This document shows positions 20,301 through 30,087 of a stretch of DNA of 64,000 bases, piece by piece. The stretch spans positions 1,920,001 through 1,984,000 of the forward strand of contig CAWGRW010000009.1 of the NCBI GenBank assembly GCA_963825135.1, in the 5' to 3' direction. The translations under genes were made by a program, and so were the position numbers. The stretch is from an uncultured bacterium (lineage in GTDB: Bacteria > Desulfobacterota_D > UBA1144 > Nemesobacterales > UBA2774). The notes beneath the pieces are model-generated. The model was given only the letters and a program-made list of their open reading frames with translations. It was not told where the DNA came from and made no database searches. Each line of letters starts with the position of its first letter. Position 1 is the first letter of the stretch.

Positions 20301-20671
20301 CTATTATGGACGGTCCTTCGATCAAGGTCGTATGCGAGGGGTCTATCGATATCGCAAACAAGAAGCTCGATCTGCAGCTCCTCGTGATTCCCGTTATGGC
20401 CGTGGATTCCGTAATTGACAAGATACCTCTCGTGAGTTACGTCTTCGGAAAAAACTTCGTCTCTATCCCGATAAAGGTTACCGGGGACATATCCCACCCC
20501 GATGTGTCGATGATATCTCCCACAGCGGTCAGCTTCGGGCTGCTGGGACTCATAAAGCAGACCCTCAATATACCCGTCACGATATTCAAACCCGTAAGCA
20601 GGAATGAGAAAAAAGAGGATGTGAAAGAAGAGGGTGAATCAAGCGGCCGGGCTGACGATAAAACTGAATGA
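17396..20671 (+). CDS. AsmA-family (AsmA_2 C-terminal) envelope protein
   Basis: N-terminal TM anchor, long beta-rich body, C-terminal G.IDI..K.LDL...V.G....PDV. Confidence 0.8.
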   Translation: MNKYRKISLFLGGGVGIVVILAVLSLLLVKRLVSPERVRAELVSYLSLKIGGDVEFKDVEIKFFPGPHVVLRGGVFSIPGRAEGSFESLVVYPRVLPLLRGGVEVARLKVIRPEIKLLMHEPRAEEVPEADDSFSFGALRDDFKGALDNLAIHGKGLNAEIENGTLILQKDSAPVLSFSGMNADLSLPDDKLRMRVRSASNLWDSFDFRAWIDVKNYQGSGTLAVRGGKPHRFMDFYLPDKKIVSDSAVNLALRFDTRDLKVFHSSIEASVPKLILTGGGEELALSASAIDADIYFDEAKQVFTLKSAKLVNPGLDLSGEYIVDKNTSEVSLSLLGKNVDVVSVRDGALFIAGEHKVTDAIFEVVRGGTAPEIKLDAKATSFRGLWKKGKFRIEGDMVDGEIYIPVAEFDIVEANGHAVIADGMLKGTNLSGRLGNSKGHDGTLLLGIAGPDGPFNLDIMIDADPSQVPAVLDQFVHEESFNKEMRLIKNVRGTAKGRLVIGDTKKSPQAKVSVSGYEFTADYERFPNPIALKGDSFDYENKKIVVKNVDIKTGKSGASVSSGSYEWKDNSYFSVSAADASVDIGEFYPWLASVNSLKPGLKDIESAEGTAFFKEFEFSGPASNPADWKISGNGDLKAVKLKLKGYDEWINVAGADVESTPGHLSISNTGVSLGNSTLSVDISLNDYLTDLLELRLNFAGTVEPRAMDVLSAYIKLPEELIFHSPLSVTDSSLVYRSDGATPDGTNRNTSASLQNSGQKFDLDMNIETKNLEWLDSPKDAPANPQPPPANGPWNSPVKGTVNLKSDNFTFKKLNWDSLDTVITFLGQGIDIDVNSASLCGISTPGLLQVYPPGIKFDFKPAASGGELASVIKCLLDKAGIISGDLDLQADISSDGSGRDIYNNLVGEMELDSRKGRIEKYGGLAKFFTMLNFGELFRGQGPDFEKEGFPYDKLTAKADVKEGKVLIKEAIMDGPSIKVVCEGSIDIANKKLDLQLLVIPVMAVDSVIDKIPLVSYVFGKNFVSIPIKVTGDISHPDVSMISPTAVSFGLLGLIKQTLNIPVTIFKPVSRNEKKEDVKEEGESSGRADDKTE

Positions 20672-20758
20672 CCCTGCCGGCCAGGCCATTAGATGCTCCG
20701 TCCTTAAACCGCGGCAGCCTTCCCGAGGGTGGCTGAATGTTATCCCAGGCGGGGTTCA

Positions 20759-21187
20759 TCACTTATTTCTAAGTATGTCCCTTATCTCCGCAAGCAGTTT
20801 CTCTTCGTTCGAGGGCTCGGGAGGCGGAGGGGGAGCGGTCTCTTTGTGGAGCTTCAGCCTGTTGACATTCCTCACGAGAATAAATACCGCGAACGCTACT
20901 ATCAGGAAGCTGATTATCGTATTGATAAATTTCCCGTAGTTCACCGTAACAGCGCCCGCTTTCGCGGCATCCGAAAGCGCGGGGTAGGGCCCGAGAGGCG
21001 TCCCTTCCTTGAGCACGAAAAAGAGGTTCGAGAAATCCACGTTGCCCAGGGCAAGCCCTATGGGGGGCATTATTATATCGTTTACCAGGGACTGCACTAT
21101 CGTCCCGAAAGCTGCCCCGATAATTATGCCGACCGCCATGTCTACTACGTTCCCCCGCATCGCAAATTCTCTAAATTCTTTAAGCAT
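20759..21187 (-). CDS. mscL: Large-conductance mechanosensitive channel
   Basis: [27 protein letters not shown]...LLAEIRDIL. Confidence 0.97.
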   Translation of the reverse strand: MLKEFREFAMRGNVVDMAVGIIIGAAFGTIVQSLVNDIIMPPIGLALGNVDFSNLFFVLKEGTPLGPYPALSDAAKAGAVTVNYGKFINTIISFLIVAFAVFILVRNVNRLKLHKETAPPPPPEPSNEEKLLAEIRDILRNK

Positions 21188-21330
21188 TATTGATCTCCGC
21201 TGCGCAAAAACTGGTTCAAGTATCTCATATAAGATTTCTAATATCAATCGTTTATTTACTGACTGCAATCGTATTGGACTCGGGACCGGCACGCGGATAA
21301 AATATCTGTGATCAGGGGTCTCCATCCGTC

Positions 21331-21609
21331 ATGGGAAATAAAAAAAGAGTAGAGATAACATACTGCGCGCAGTGCCGCTGGCTATTGAGGGCTTCCTGGA
21401 TGGCACAGGAGCTCCTGACCACATTCGACCTCGAGATCGGGGAAGTGGCGCTCGTACCGGGGACAGGCGGAATTTTCGAGGTAAAGGTCGGTGACGAGCT
21501 CGTCTGGTCAAGGAAGGACAGGGGCAGGTTTCCAGATATCAAGGAGCTCAAGCAGCTTGTGCGGGACCGCGTGGCTCCCGGGAGGGACCTCGGACACACG
21601 GACGGGTAA
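21331..21609 (+). CDS. SelT/SelW/SelH (Rdx) family protein, Cys form
   Basis: ITYCAQCRWLLRA.WMAQELL, GGIFEV, FPDIKELKQ.VRD. Confidence 0.92.
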   Translation: MGNKKRVEITYCAQCRWLLRASWMAQELLTTFDLEIGEVALVPGTGGIFEVKVGDELVWSRKDRGRFPDIKELKQLVRDRVAPGRDLGHTDG

Positions 21610-21727
21610 TTTTACAAATATGGCCTGACGCAAGCGGCGGCAACTGATTTGCTTCCCCCGGATATATTGTTCTCGTTCTTTTCGGGCGGGGGCTTTATTG
21701 TTACCGGGGTGTGTATAATATTTCTCC

Positions 21728-22435
21728 ATGCCGGTCTACCTTCTGGACGAGTCCCTGGTCTTTCCTCATCCGGACCATGCGGAGCCGAACGGTCTTCTTG
21801 CGATCGGGGGGGATTTGAGCGTCCCGAGGCTTCTCCTCGCTTACAGAAACGGCATCTTCCCCTGGTACTCTGAAAACAACCCTATCCTGTGGTTTTCCCC
21901 CGACCCCCGCCTTGTACTGTCTTTTCACGAATTGCACCTGTCGAGAAAATTAAAGAAAACTATAAAATCCGGTATGTTCGAGGTACTGTTCGATACGTCT
22001 TTCAAAGAGGTTATCAGGAATTGCTCGGCGGTCAGCCGGACCGGACAATCCGGGACGTGGATTACCGAAGACATGATCGACGCCTACACGGCTCTCTACG
22101 ACCGCGGATACGCCCACTCCGTTGAAACCTATCTGGACGGCAAGCTTGTCGGAGGGCTCTACGGAGTCGCGCTGGGAGGGGCGTTCTTTGGAGAATCGAT
22201 GTTTCATCATATAAGCGATTCATCGAAGGTCGCTCTGTATTATCTGGTGGAGAGGCTCAAGGAATCGGGCTACGATTTCATCGACTCCCAGGTGCCGAAC
22301 GACCATATGAGATGGATGGGCGGGAAAGAGGTCAGCAGGGAGCGCTACCTGTCCATGCTCGGTGAGGCAACCAAGAAACAAACGCCCCCCGGGAAGTGGA
22401 ACGACAGCCGGGAATTGAAGCTGGAGAGGCTCTAG
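21728..22435 (+). CDS. aat: Leucyl/phenylalanyl-tRNA--protein transferase
   Basis: GLLAIGGDLS..RLL.AY.NGIFPW, SPDPR, AHSVE, GGLYGV, FFGESMF. Confidence 0.96.
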   Translation: MPVYLLDESLVFPHPDHAEPNGLLAIGGDLSVPRLLLAYRNGIFPWYSENNPILWFSPDPRLVLSFHELHLSRKLKKTIKSGMFEVLFDTSFKEVIRNCSAVSRTGQSGTWITEDMIDAYTALYDRGYAHSVETYLDGKLVGGLYGVALGGAFFGESMFHHISDSSKVALYYLVERLKESGYDFIDSQVPNDHMRWMGGKEVSRERYLSMLGEATKKQTPPGKWNDSRELKLERL

Positions 22436-22496
22436 TTAGCTGTCTTTAGCATTTGTCCCGCGCGGAGAATATGAATCATTATGTCAGGAGGATAAT

Positions 22497-23132
22497 ATGA
22501 AATCGATTTTATGCTACGGAGATTCGATCACATGGGGCTACAACCCTTCAGACGGCACGAGGTTCCCGTTCGGTGAGCGGTGGCCCGGGATACTTCAGAC
22601 GGAGCTCGGTGAGTCCTACAGGGTGATAGAGGAATCGGTCCCGGGCAGGACGACAAACTGGGACAGCCCCTATCTCGCGGAAAGGAACGGCAGGAAGTCC
22701 CTTCCGCTGGTTCTGGAGAGCCATTTGCCGATCGATCTCTTTATTTTAATGCTCGGCACGAACGACCTTTGGAAGGCACTAAACCTTTCCGCCTCCGATA
22801 TAGCCGCCTCATGCATGTCGCTCATATGGACGGTGCAGAAGGCCATGGCGGGGCCCGGGTTCGGTGTTCCTGAAATCCTATTGATCGCCCCTCAGCCCCT
22901 GGGCCCCCTCTCCCCTTTCATGAAATTTTATTTCGAAGGCCGGGCGGCCGTTTCAAGAGGGCTCGCCAAAGAATACAGGAAGGCCGCGGATACCGCCGGC
23001 TGTCACTTCCTGGACGCGTCGAAATACGTGAAGTCGAGCAGGGTCGACGGGGTTCACCTTGACGCCCCAGAACAGAAGAAGCTCGCGGCGGGAGTAAAAA
23101 AATCCGTGCTGTCGATACTGGGCGGAAAGTAG
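22497..23132 (+). CDS. SGNH/GDSL hydrolase
   Basis: GDSIT, GRTT, MLGTND and DGVH blocks. Confidence 0.92.
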   Translation: MKSILCYGDSITWGYNPSDGTRFPFGERWPGILQTELGESYRVIEESVPGRTTNWDSPYLAERNGRKSLPLVLESHLPIDLFILMLGTNDLWKALNLSASDIAASCMSLIWTVQKAMAGPGFGVPEILLIAPQPLGPLSPFMKFYFEGRAAVSRGLAKEYRKAADTAGCHFLDASKYVKSSRVDGVHLDAPEQKKLAAGVKKSVLSILGGK

Positions 23133-23157
23133 CGGCTGCGGGCGCGTGTGACTAAAA

Positions 23158-23185
23158 TTGAAAATTACCGGGCGGCATGTATAAT
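23158..23185 (+). promoter_or_regulatory. Sigma-70-type promoter
   Basis: TTGAAA-N16-TATAAT upstream of 23273. Confidence 0.5.
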
Positions 23186-23272
23186 GAAGTCCGTTTTAAT
23201 ATCGTAACGCTGGCCTGAATAATAAAAATCCAAAATCAGCGAACCTGTTTAATACGCGTAAGGAGGCTTTGA

Positions 23273-23731
23273 ATGAGCGATTGGAAGGTTGTAAATCACG
23301 GACACCCGGATATTAAACCCTCTAAGGGTAGAAGGGCTATATTCATAGGCAGGTATCAGCCATACCACATGGGGCATGTGAGTCTGGTAAAGCAGAAGCT
23401 CGATAAGGGAGTCCCCTGCCTTATCATGGTCAGGGATATCCCGCCCGACCCACAGAACCCGTTTACCACGGAGCAGACAGTCGACATGATCAGAAAGTAT
23501 CACGCGAGCAAGGGGGACGACGTCGTGGTCCTGGTGATTCCGGATATCGAGTCCGTAAACTGGGGCAGGGGAGTGGGCTACGAGATGAACGAATTCTTCC
23601 CGCCCGAGGATATAGGGTTTATCTCCGCGACAAAAATCAGAAACGCGATATCCGAAGGCAATGACGACTGGCGCGCCCTCGTCGACGAATCCATTCAGGG
23701 GGATGTGGTCAAATACCTGAAGGGAGAGTAG
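23273..23731 (+). CDS. Cytidylyltransferase-like (HxGH) nucleotidyltransferase
   Basis: FIGRYQPYHMGH, NPF, GRGVGY, ISATKIR; TAAGGAGG RBS. Confidence 0.85.
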   Translation: MSDWKVVNHGHPDIKPSKGRRAIFIGRYQPYHMGHVSLVKQKLDKGVPCLIMVRDIPPDPQNPFTTEQTVDMIRKYHASKGDDVVVLVIPDIESVNWGRGVGYEMNEFFPPEDIGFISATKIRNAISEGNDDWRALVDESIQGDVVKYLKGE

Positions 23732-23780
23732 CTTGAGCCCCCTAAAGCCTTTATATTAATGAAAGTTATCGAATAAATTC

Positions 23781-23822
23781 ACCGGAGGGACGGCTTTCCG
23801 GCCGCCCTCTCCGGTTTAATTT
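23781..23822 (+). terminator. Putative intrinsic terminator
   Basis: accggagggacggc-tttccg-gccgccctctccggt followed by a T-rich tail. Confidence 0.55.
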
Positions 23823-23937
23823 CTATCCGAGCTGATCCATATCCCGCCGATTACGACTTTTTTTGAAATTTCCATACCCGACACCCGTATACGAAATCGT
23901 GATTATAATTAGTTAATACTGATAAGAGAAGGTTCTC

Positions 23938-24261
23938 ATGGAATCGCCTCAAAACCGCGAAAAGGAATTCGATAACTTTCATCAATTTTATGCGTCTTAT
24001 CTCTCCGAGCACGGCGACGCTGCGAACAGGCGCCTCCATTTTGCGGGGTGTGTTATCGTGCTGATAGTCGTGCTTACGGCCATACTCGCCCGGATGTGGG
24101 TACTCCTGATACTCGCCCCTGTCTTCGGTTACGGACTCGCGTGGGCTGGACACTATTTTATTGAAAAAAATAAGCCCGCGACTTTCAGGTATCCGTTATG
24201 GAGCCTGATGGGCGACTGGGCCATGTTCAAGGACATTATTACAGGAAAAATGAAGCTTTAG
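23938..24261 (+). CDS. DUF962 (Mpo1-like) membrane protein
   Basis: FY..YL.EH...NRRLHF.G, GY..AW.GH...EKNKPATF.YP.WSL.GD. Confidence 0.9.
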   Translation: MESPQNREKEFDNFHQFYASYLSEHGDAANRRLHFAGCVIVLIVVLTAILARMWVLLILAPVFGYGLAWAGHYFIEKNKPATFRYPLWSLMGDWAMFKDIITGKMKL

Positions 24262-24375
24262 TCCCAGCGCGCCCCAAGGCCTTACTTCCAATTAATTTAC
24301 GATTTATCGCCCCTGATAAGTTTCCAATTGAGCCTGGTCTGGGTAAAATGATAGAAGCTCTGACGGTTCGCTTTT

Positions 24376-25122
24376 ATGCCTAGACTCCTCGTCTTTCAAC
24401 ACGTGGCGCACGAAATTCTGGGGACCCTCGATCCGGTTTTGAAGGATTCAGGGTTCAGGATCAAGTACGTCAATTTCGAGCGGCATCCCCACTTCGTGCC
24501 CGGTCTCGAGGGTTATGACGGTCTGATAGTGCTGGGGGGGCCGATGAACGTGGACGAGGTCGATAAATACCCGTTTCTCGAACGGGAAGTGCACTCGATT
24601 CGTAAAGCCCTTGGAAGCGGTATGCCCGTATTGGGAATATGCCTGGGCTCCCAGCTCATCGCAAAAGCGCTCGGGGCCAGGGTGTATAAAAATGAGGAGA
24701 AGGAAATAGGCTGGTATGACCTTTCCCCCACGGGGGCGGGCGGCAGGGACCCTCTTATCTCGCACTTCTCCGGGACCGAGAAAATTTTCCAGTGGCACGG
24801 CGATACCTTCGATATCCCTCCCGGCGCCGAGCTTTTAGCGTCTTCACCTCTATGCAGGAATCAGGCTTTCCGCTACGGGGAAAACGTTTACGGGCTCCAG
24901 TTCCACCTCGAGGTCGACGAGCCGATGGTCGAGCGATGGCTCCGCATTCCGGAGAATAAAAAAGAGATAGAGGAATTAAACGGGAAAATCGACCCCGACG
25001 GTATAAAGCGGGAAACGCCGGAATACATGCCCCGACTCAAGGAATTGAGCGACAGGGCGTTTGCGGAATTCATCAGGTTCTTCGGTTTTAATAAAAAACG
25101 GAAGAGCCTCCCTTCGAGATAA
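24376..25122 (+). CDS. Type 1 glutamine amidotransferase (GMP-synthase-like)
   Basis: LGGPM, LGICLGSQL, FQWHGD, QFHLE. Confidence 0.9.
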   Translation: MPRLLVFQHVAHEILGTLDPVLKDSGFRIKYVNFERHPHFVPGLEGYDGLIVLGGPMNVDEVDKYPFLEREVHSIRKALGSGMPVLGICLGSQLIAKALGARVYKNEEKEIGWYDLSPTGAGGRDPLISHFSGTEKIFQWHGDTFDIPPGAELLASSPLCRNQAFRYGENVYGLQFHLEVDEPMVERWLRIPENKKEIEELNGKIDPDGIKRETPEYMPRLKELSDRAFAEFIRFFGFNKKRKSLPSR

Positions 25123-25131
25123 TCCGGCTCT

Positions 25132-27573
25132 TCATTTTTCATTCGAGTTGTTCGTCTTTTTTAAAGCCTGCTGCTTTCCGAACTTCCTGTAATCCTCGGC
25201 GTACTCCCTCAGCTTCTTGTCGACGAGGTAGCTTATGCTCCCCCTCTTGAACTTCCCTCCGGCCCCCCTTGTCCCGGCTTCTTTACCCGTCATTATCTCA
25301 ATTGCCTGATCGATCGTCTCGACCGGGTATATATGGAATTTCCCCGATTTGACCGATTGCACGATCTCCCTTTTGAGCATGAGGTTCTTTACGTTCTGGT
25401 ACGGTATCACGACCCCCTGCTCTCCGGTAACGCCCTTGGCCTTACAAACGTCATAGTACCCCTCTACCTTTTCGTTTACGCCCCCTATGGGCTGTATCTG
25501 CCCCTTCTGATTCACGGAGCCCGTAATCGCCAGACCCTGTTTTATCGGGATCCCGGATAGGCTCGACAGCAGCACTATCAGCTCCGCGGCCGATGCGCTG
25601 TCCCCGTCTATCGTTTCATAGCTCTGCTCGAAACCGATGCTGGCCGAGAGGCTGAGGGGCTTGTTCTGGGCGTATCTGGCCCCAATGTAGCCGCTCAGAA
25701 TCAGCACCCCTTTATCGTGAATATTCCCGCTCATTCTGGCTTTCCTCTCGATGTTTACGACGCCTTCGGTCCCCATGAACGTTTCGCAGGTTATACGCGA
25801 CGGCTTGCCGAAGGCGTAATCCCCCATGTTATAGACGGCGAGCCCGTTTATTTGCCCCGTCACCATGCCCTCGACATCGACGAGCAGTACCCCCTTTGCT
25901 ATTAACTCCTGTATCTTTTCCTCCACCATGTTCGATCTGTAGATTTTTTCCTCGATAGCCTTCTCCACGTGCTCGCGTTTTGTAAGGCCTTCCCCGCCGC
26001 CCTGCTTCGCCCAGTAGTCGGCCTCTTTCAGTATTTTCGTTATCGAGCCCAGCTGTACCGACAGCTTGCTCTGATCCCCGGAGAGCCTGGATGAATATTC
26101 GATCATAGTTTCGAGCCCGCTCCTGTCAAACGGGTTAAGCCCGTCCCTGTCGCAGATGGATTTGATGAAGCAGGAGTAATGCGATACCGTTTCGTCGGTC
26201 CTGTCCACGACCGAGTCGAAATCGGCTTTCACCTTAAATAGCTTCCTGAAGTCCTCGTCATAGGCGTAGAGCATCTGATAGAGGTAGGAGCTTCCGGCTA
26301 TTATCACCTTGATGTCGAGCTTAATAGGCTCCGGTCTCAGTCCGACCGTGCTCGAATATCCGAACTGCTGATAGAGGTCCTCTATCCTGAGCTCCTGGTT
26401 CTCTATGGCCTTTTTGAGGGAGTCCCACACGAACGGGAATTTGAACATATCGAGCACCTCGAGCACGATATACCCCCCGTTCGCCTTTGCGAGTGAGCCC
26501 GGGCGTATCATCGTAAAATCCGTGAACAGCGCCCCGAACCTCGCCTCTTTCTCTATGGAGCCGAACAGGTTCGGATAAGTAGGGTGCGACTCGAATATCA
26601 CCGGGGCCCCTTCCGTGAGAGAGTTATCGATGAACACGTTCACCTTGTATTCGGTAAAAGTCGGGGGCTGCTGCTGCGGTGTCCTGAAGGCCAGGGCCAT
26701 CCCGCCCGCCTGCATGTTCTTGTCCGGGAGAAAGTTGTCTATGTTCTCGAGTATATGTTTCTGGAGCTGATCGAAATAATCGATTATTTCCGGAAGTACT
26801 TTATATTTCTCGCTCAGACTTTCGATGAGGTCGCGTACGGCGAAGAGCGCTACCCTTTTCTCAAGCTCCTTTAACTTCTCCCCGGCCTCGCTTTCGATCT
26901 TACGCGCGGTTTTTAACGCTTCCGCGACTTCGTTGTCCGTCTTTTCTTTTTTTTCCATTAATTCTTTCTTTGTAGCGTCGTCGAAGGCGCTGTATTGCTC
27001 CTGAGAGACCGGCTTCCCTTCGACGAGCGGGATCGTAATTATCCCCGTCGGGGAAAACTGAATCTGTATGTTGTTCTCGGCGGCTTTTTTCTGAAGCTCC
27101 TCGAAGAGGACGTTCTTCTTCCTCTGGAACTCGTTCATGATGCTTTGCTTTTGCTCTTCAAACTCCTTACTCTCGAATGCCCTCGGTATATCCGTTTTCA
27201 GGATGTGAAGGAAATCGTCCATGTCCTTTTTTAAGAGTTTGGCTTTCCCCGTCGGCAGCTCTATAGCCCTGGGCTCATTAGGGTCCTGAAAGTTATAGAC
27301 GTAACACCAGTCTTTCGGTGTCGGCTTGCCTTTGGCCACTCTCGCCAGAATGGTCTCTATCGTAGTGGATTTTCCCACGCCGGTCGGCCCGACGAGGAAA
27401 ATATTGTACTCCGAATAATCCATCCCGATGCCGAATTCTATCGCTTCGACCGCCCTTTTCTGACCTATGAAATCCGTACAGGGCGGGAGGTCTTCAGTCG
27501 TCGCGATGTTGAGCTTGCCGAGGTCGCAATACCGGTAAACCTGGGAGGCCTTTAATTCCTGAACCTTTCTCAT
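25132..27573 (-). CDS. Lon-family protease (LonB/LonC-like AAA domain plus S16 protease domain)
   Basis: IGQKRA, GPTGVGKST, GSL.KANGG, DGDSAS catalytic Ser, IGGVNEK catalytic Lys. Confidence 0.92.
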   Translation of the reverse strand: MRKVQELKASQVYRYCDLGKLNIATTEDLPPCTDFIGQKRAVEAIEFGIGMDYSEYNIFLVGPTGVGKSTTIETILARVAKGKPTPKDWCYVYNFQDPNEPRAIELPTGKAKLLKKDMDDFLHILKTDIPRAFESKEFEEQKQSIMNEFQRKKNVLFEELQKKAAENNIQIQFSPTGIITIPLVEGKPVSQEQYSAFDDATKKELMEKKEKTDNEVAEALKTARKIESEAGEKLKELEKRVALFAVRDLIESLSEKYKVLPEIIDYFDQLQKHILENIDNFLPDKNMQAGGMALAFRTPQQQPPTFTEYKVNVFIDNSLTEGAPVIFESHPTYPNLFGSIEKEARFGALFTDFTMIRPGSLAKANGGYIVLEVLDMFKFPFVWDSLKKAIENQELRIEDLYQQFGYSSTVGLRPEPIKLDIKVIIAGSSYLYQMLYAYDEDFRKLFKVKADFDSVVDRTDETVSHYSCFIKSICDRDGLNPFDRSGLETMIEYSSRLSGDQSKLSVQLGSITKILKEADYWAKQGGGEGLTKREHVEKAIEEKIYRSNMVEEKIQELIAKGVLLVDVEGMVTGQINGLAVYNMGDYAFGKPSRITCETFMGTEGVVNIERKARMSGNIHDKGVLILSGYIGARYAQNKPLSLSASIGFEQSYETIDGDSASAAELIVLLSSLSGIPIKQGLAITGSVNQKGQIQPIGGVNEKVEGYYDVCKAKGVTGEQGVVIPYQNVKNLMLKREIVQSVKSGKFHIYPVETIDQAIEIMTGKEAGTRGAGGKFKRGSISYLVDKKLREYAEDYRKFGKQQALKKTNNSNEK

Positions 27574-27669
27574 CCATATTCCCCTTTGTTGAGGTTATCT
27601 TTGTGTGTGAATCGTAATCCGATACCTGTATGAAATACTACCATCCCGCAAAGTCCCAATCAAAGTAAA

Positions 27670-27835
27670 GGCAATTCAGATCTGCGGCCGGGAAAAGCCG
27701 GATTATTCCTTATTTACGGGAAAGAGTAAACCTTATTAAACTCTATCGCCCGGACTCCGCTATCCGGGTCCGGGCCCCGCGCGAAATCAGGTTCATCATC
27801 TCCTGTGTAAAGACGGCCCGGCACTCTGAATTACC
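27670..27835 (-). ncRNA. Candidate structured RNA (unassigned)
   Basis: Terminal inverted repeat aattcaga/tctgaatt extended by GC pairs, enclosing a gcccggac/gtccgggc hairpin and smaller hairpins. Confidence 0.3.
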
Positions 27836-27972
27836 GCATCGCGGGAAATGCGCTCAAATGGTCTGATCGGTGATTCCTTTTAAAATCTATCTTTTTGTTT
27901 ATCATTATCCCCTGTTTATCAATTTTAGCCCGCCGGAATGCGGAGCACATATAACCGAACAGGGAGAATCGA

Positions 27973-28971
27973 TTGAAACGTTTTGCCGCGCTCACGATTC
28001 TGATATTGGCTATTATCTTTCAGTCGTGCGCATCGCCCGGCTCCCGATACGGCGGGGAGACCGGGAGAGGGCCGCTCTTCCCGGTGGAGAGAGACTTTAA
28101 ATGGGGCTTTATTGACGGAAAAGGGGACCTGGTAATACCGTACAAATATGAAGGCGCGGTAGATTTTTCGGAGGACCGGGCGCTTGTGAAAGTTGACGGG
28201 AGATGGGGCTATATAAACGAGTTCGATATAATGGTCATCACCCCTCAGTTCGAGGAGGCGCAGAAATTCTCGGAGGGACTCGCTCAGGTCAAGATCGACG
28301 GACGTTACGGATATATAGACAGCGTCGGTAAAATAGTTTCCGAGCCTCAGTTTGAGAAAACCGAGCCCTTTTCAGAGGGGCTTGCGAGCGTGAAAATTAA
28401 CGGTTTGTGGGGCTACATTAATAAACGAGGGAAAATGGTGATCGAGCCCGGTTATGGAAGGGCGTTCAGTTTTTCCGACGGATATGCGCTGATAGTCGTC
28501 GACGGTGAGGGCGGATATATAAAGAAAAACGGGGATGTCTTCATCAAGCCCCGGTATGAATGGGCAGAGGGGTATTCAGACGGGCTCGCGTGCGTTGTGC
28601 TTGATGGTAAATACGTGTATCTGGATAAATTCGGCGAAGTAAAATTGAAAACGGATTTTGAAGGGGCGAGACATTTCACGGAGGGCGCCGCCGCGATAAC
28701 GAGAAACGGAAGGCAGGGATTTATCAACAAGAGCGGACTCCTCATAGTCCAGCCGGAGTACGATGAAGTCGGCGATTTCTCCGAAGGACTCGCGACGATT
28801 AAACAGGACGGCGTTTGGGGGTTCGTCAACAAGAGGGGCGAGGTCGTGATAAAGCCCCGGTTCCAGACTGCCGTAAGCTTCTCACAGGGCCTCGCAATCG
28901 TGGAGCTCGGCAACGGCGACTGGGGTTACATAGACAAGAAAGGGAATTTCGTATGGAGATCCTCTGAATGA
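27973..28971 (+). CDS. WG-repeat lipoprotein
   Basis: IFQSC lipobox; repeated (W)GYI...G..VI.P.(F/Y)....FSEGLA.V units. Confidence 0.9.
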   Translation: MKRFAALTILILAIIFQSCASPGSRYGGETGRGPLFPVERDFKWGFIDGKGDLVIPYKYEGAVDFSEDRALVKVDGRWGYINEFDIMVITPQFEEAQKFSEGLAQVKIDGRYGYIDSVGKIVSEPQFEKTEPFSEGLASVKINGLWGYINKRGKMVIEPGYGRAFSFSDGYALIVVDGEGGYIKKNGDVFIKPRYEWAEGYSDGLACVVLDGKYVYLDKFGEVKLKTDFEGARHFTEGAAAITRNGRQGFINKSGLLIVQPEYDEVGDFSEGLATIKQDGVWGFVNKRGEVVIKPRFQTAVSFSQGLAIVELGNGDWGYIDKKGNFVWRSSE

Positions 28972-28993
28972 GCCTCTGTAAGCACGCCGTTTT

Positions 28994-29935
28994 TTAACCC
29001 GCGCCGATTTTTTGCGCCTTTTCTTCGGCGGCCTCTAGATGCTCGGTTGAGTTTTGAGCGGGTCTCAGGAGTCCTCCCGTGGAGCCCAGTATCAGGGCGA
29101 TGCCCAGCAGGGTGGTAATCTGGAATACATGCTGCCAGATGAGAAGGTCGTACCCTGCCGAGAACCCGACCCTGATAAAACCGGCCGAGGCGACAGCGGG
29201 GGCTTCGCCGATCGAGAAGGCCTTGGTCATTGCGAGCTGGCCTATGGTCCCGAATACCCCCATGCCGGCCAGCATCAGCAGATTCGCCGGCTTCTCCATA
29301 AACGAAAGGTTAAAATCCTTCCCGAGCACCAATATCAGGAGAAGACATACCGCCGCTGCGGTACCGGAGAAGTGCGCGACTATCGTCCTCGGATCGATAT
29401 CCCTCAACTTTCGCAGGAGTATCATGACGATTGCGCCCGTGAGGGCGGCGAAGAGCGCCGCGAGGCCGGCGGTGATATGATCCGTCATGTGGGCGTGCTC
29501 GACGAGTATGACGCCGGTCATCCCGAGAACAATCGAGATCCAAACCCTTTTGCCGGTTGCCTCTCCGAGTAAAATCCCGGCCAGAATAGCTACCCATAGC
29601 GGCCTTGACTCCGTTATAACCGCGACGTCGGAAATGGGAAGCTCAGTCAGGGCGTAAAACGTGGCTATCATCGCAGCGCAGCCCACCAGGCTCCTCAGCC
29701 ATAAAAGCGGTCTATTGAGCAGGAACGGTTTTAAGCCCGCGCGCCGTGTGAGAAATAGCGATATCGCGAACGACATCAGCATTCTCAGGAATGCCAGAAT
29801 AAGCCAGTCGCACTCGCTTCCGAGGGCGTGTATCAGGGCCCCCATGGTGGCGAAGTCGAACCCGCCCACTATCATCCATAAGATCGCCTTATTGTTCCTG
29901 GTGGAGAGAGGCCCCAGGTTCTCAATGATTTTCAT
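28994..29935 (-). CDS. DMT/EamA family transporter
   Basis: About 10 TM segments in two EamA-like halves (FYALTELP, LLGE, G.IGQLAMTKAF). Confidence 0.88.
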   Translation of the reverse strand: MKIIENLGPLSTRNNKAILWMIVGGFDFATMGALIHALGSECDWLILAFLRMLMSFAISLFLTRRAGLKPFLLNRPLLWLRSLVGCAAMIATFYALTELPISDVAVITESRPLWVAILAGILLGEATGKRVWISIVLGMTGVILVEHAHMTDHITAGLAALFAALTGAIVMILLRKLRDIDPRTIVAHFSGTAAAVCLLLILVLGKDFNLSFMEKPANLLMLAGMGVFGTIGQLAMTKAFSIGEAPAVASAGFIRVGFSAGYDLLIWQHVFQITTLLGIALILGSTGGLLRPAQNSTEHLEAAEEKAQKIGAG

Positions 29936-30087
29936 TTATTCTCTTGTGTGGGCGGGAGCCTGTTCCGTCCGGGCGCGACCCTTCCCCGCTCCCTCCGTAA
30001 TCATACGGACAGGCTTGACAGCCTATGCGGATAATATAACCGATCACCGGGACTCGATCCGGGGTCCTTCCATAATGTCTTCTTGTT

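Noticed and set aside
21331..21609. Possible selenoprotein
   Set aside because: The motif is CAQC encoded by TGC codons, with no in-frame TGA
28090..28950. Periodic repeats that could suggest an array
   Set aside because: These are protein-level WG repeats with divergent codons, not a CRISPR or DNA repeat
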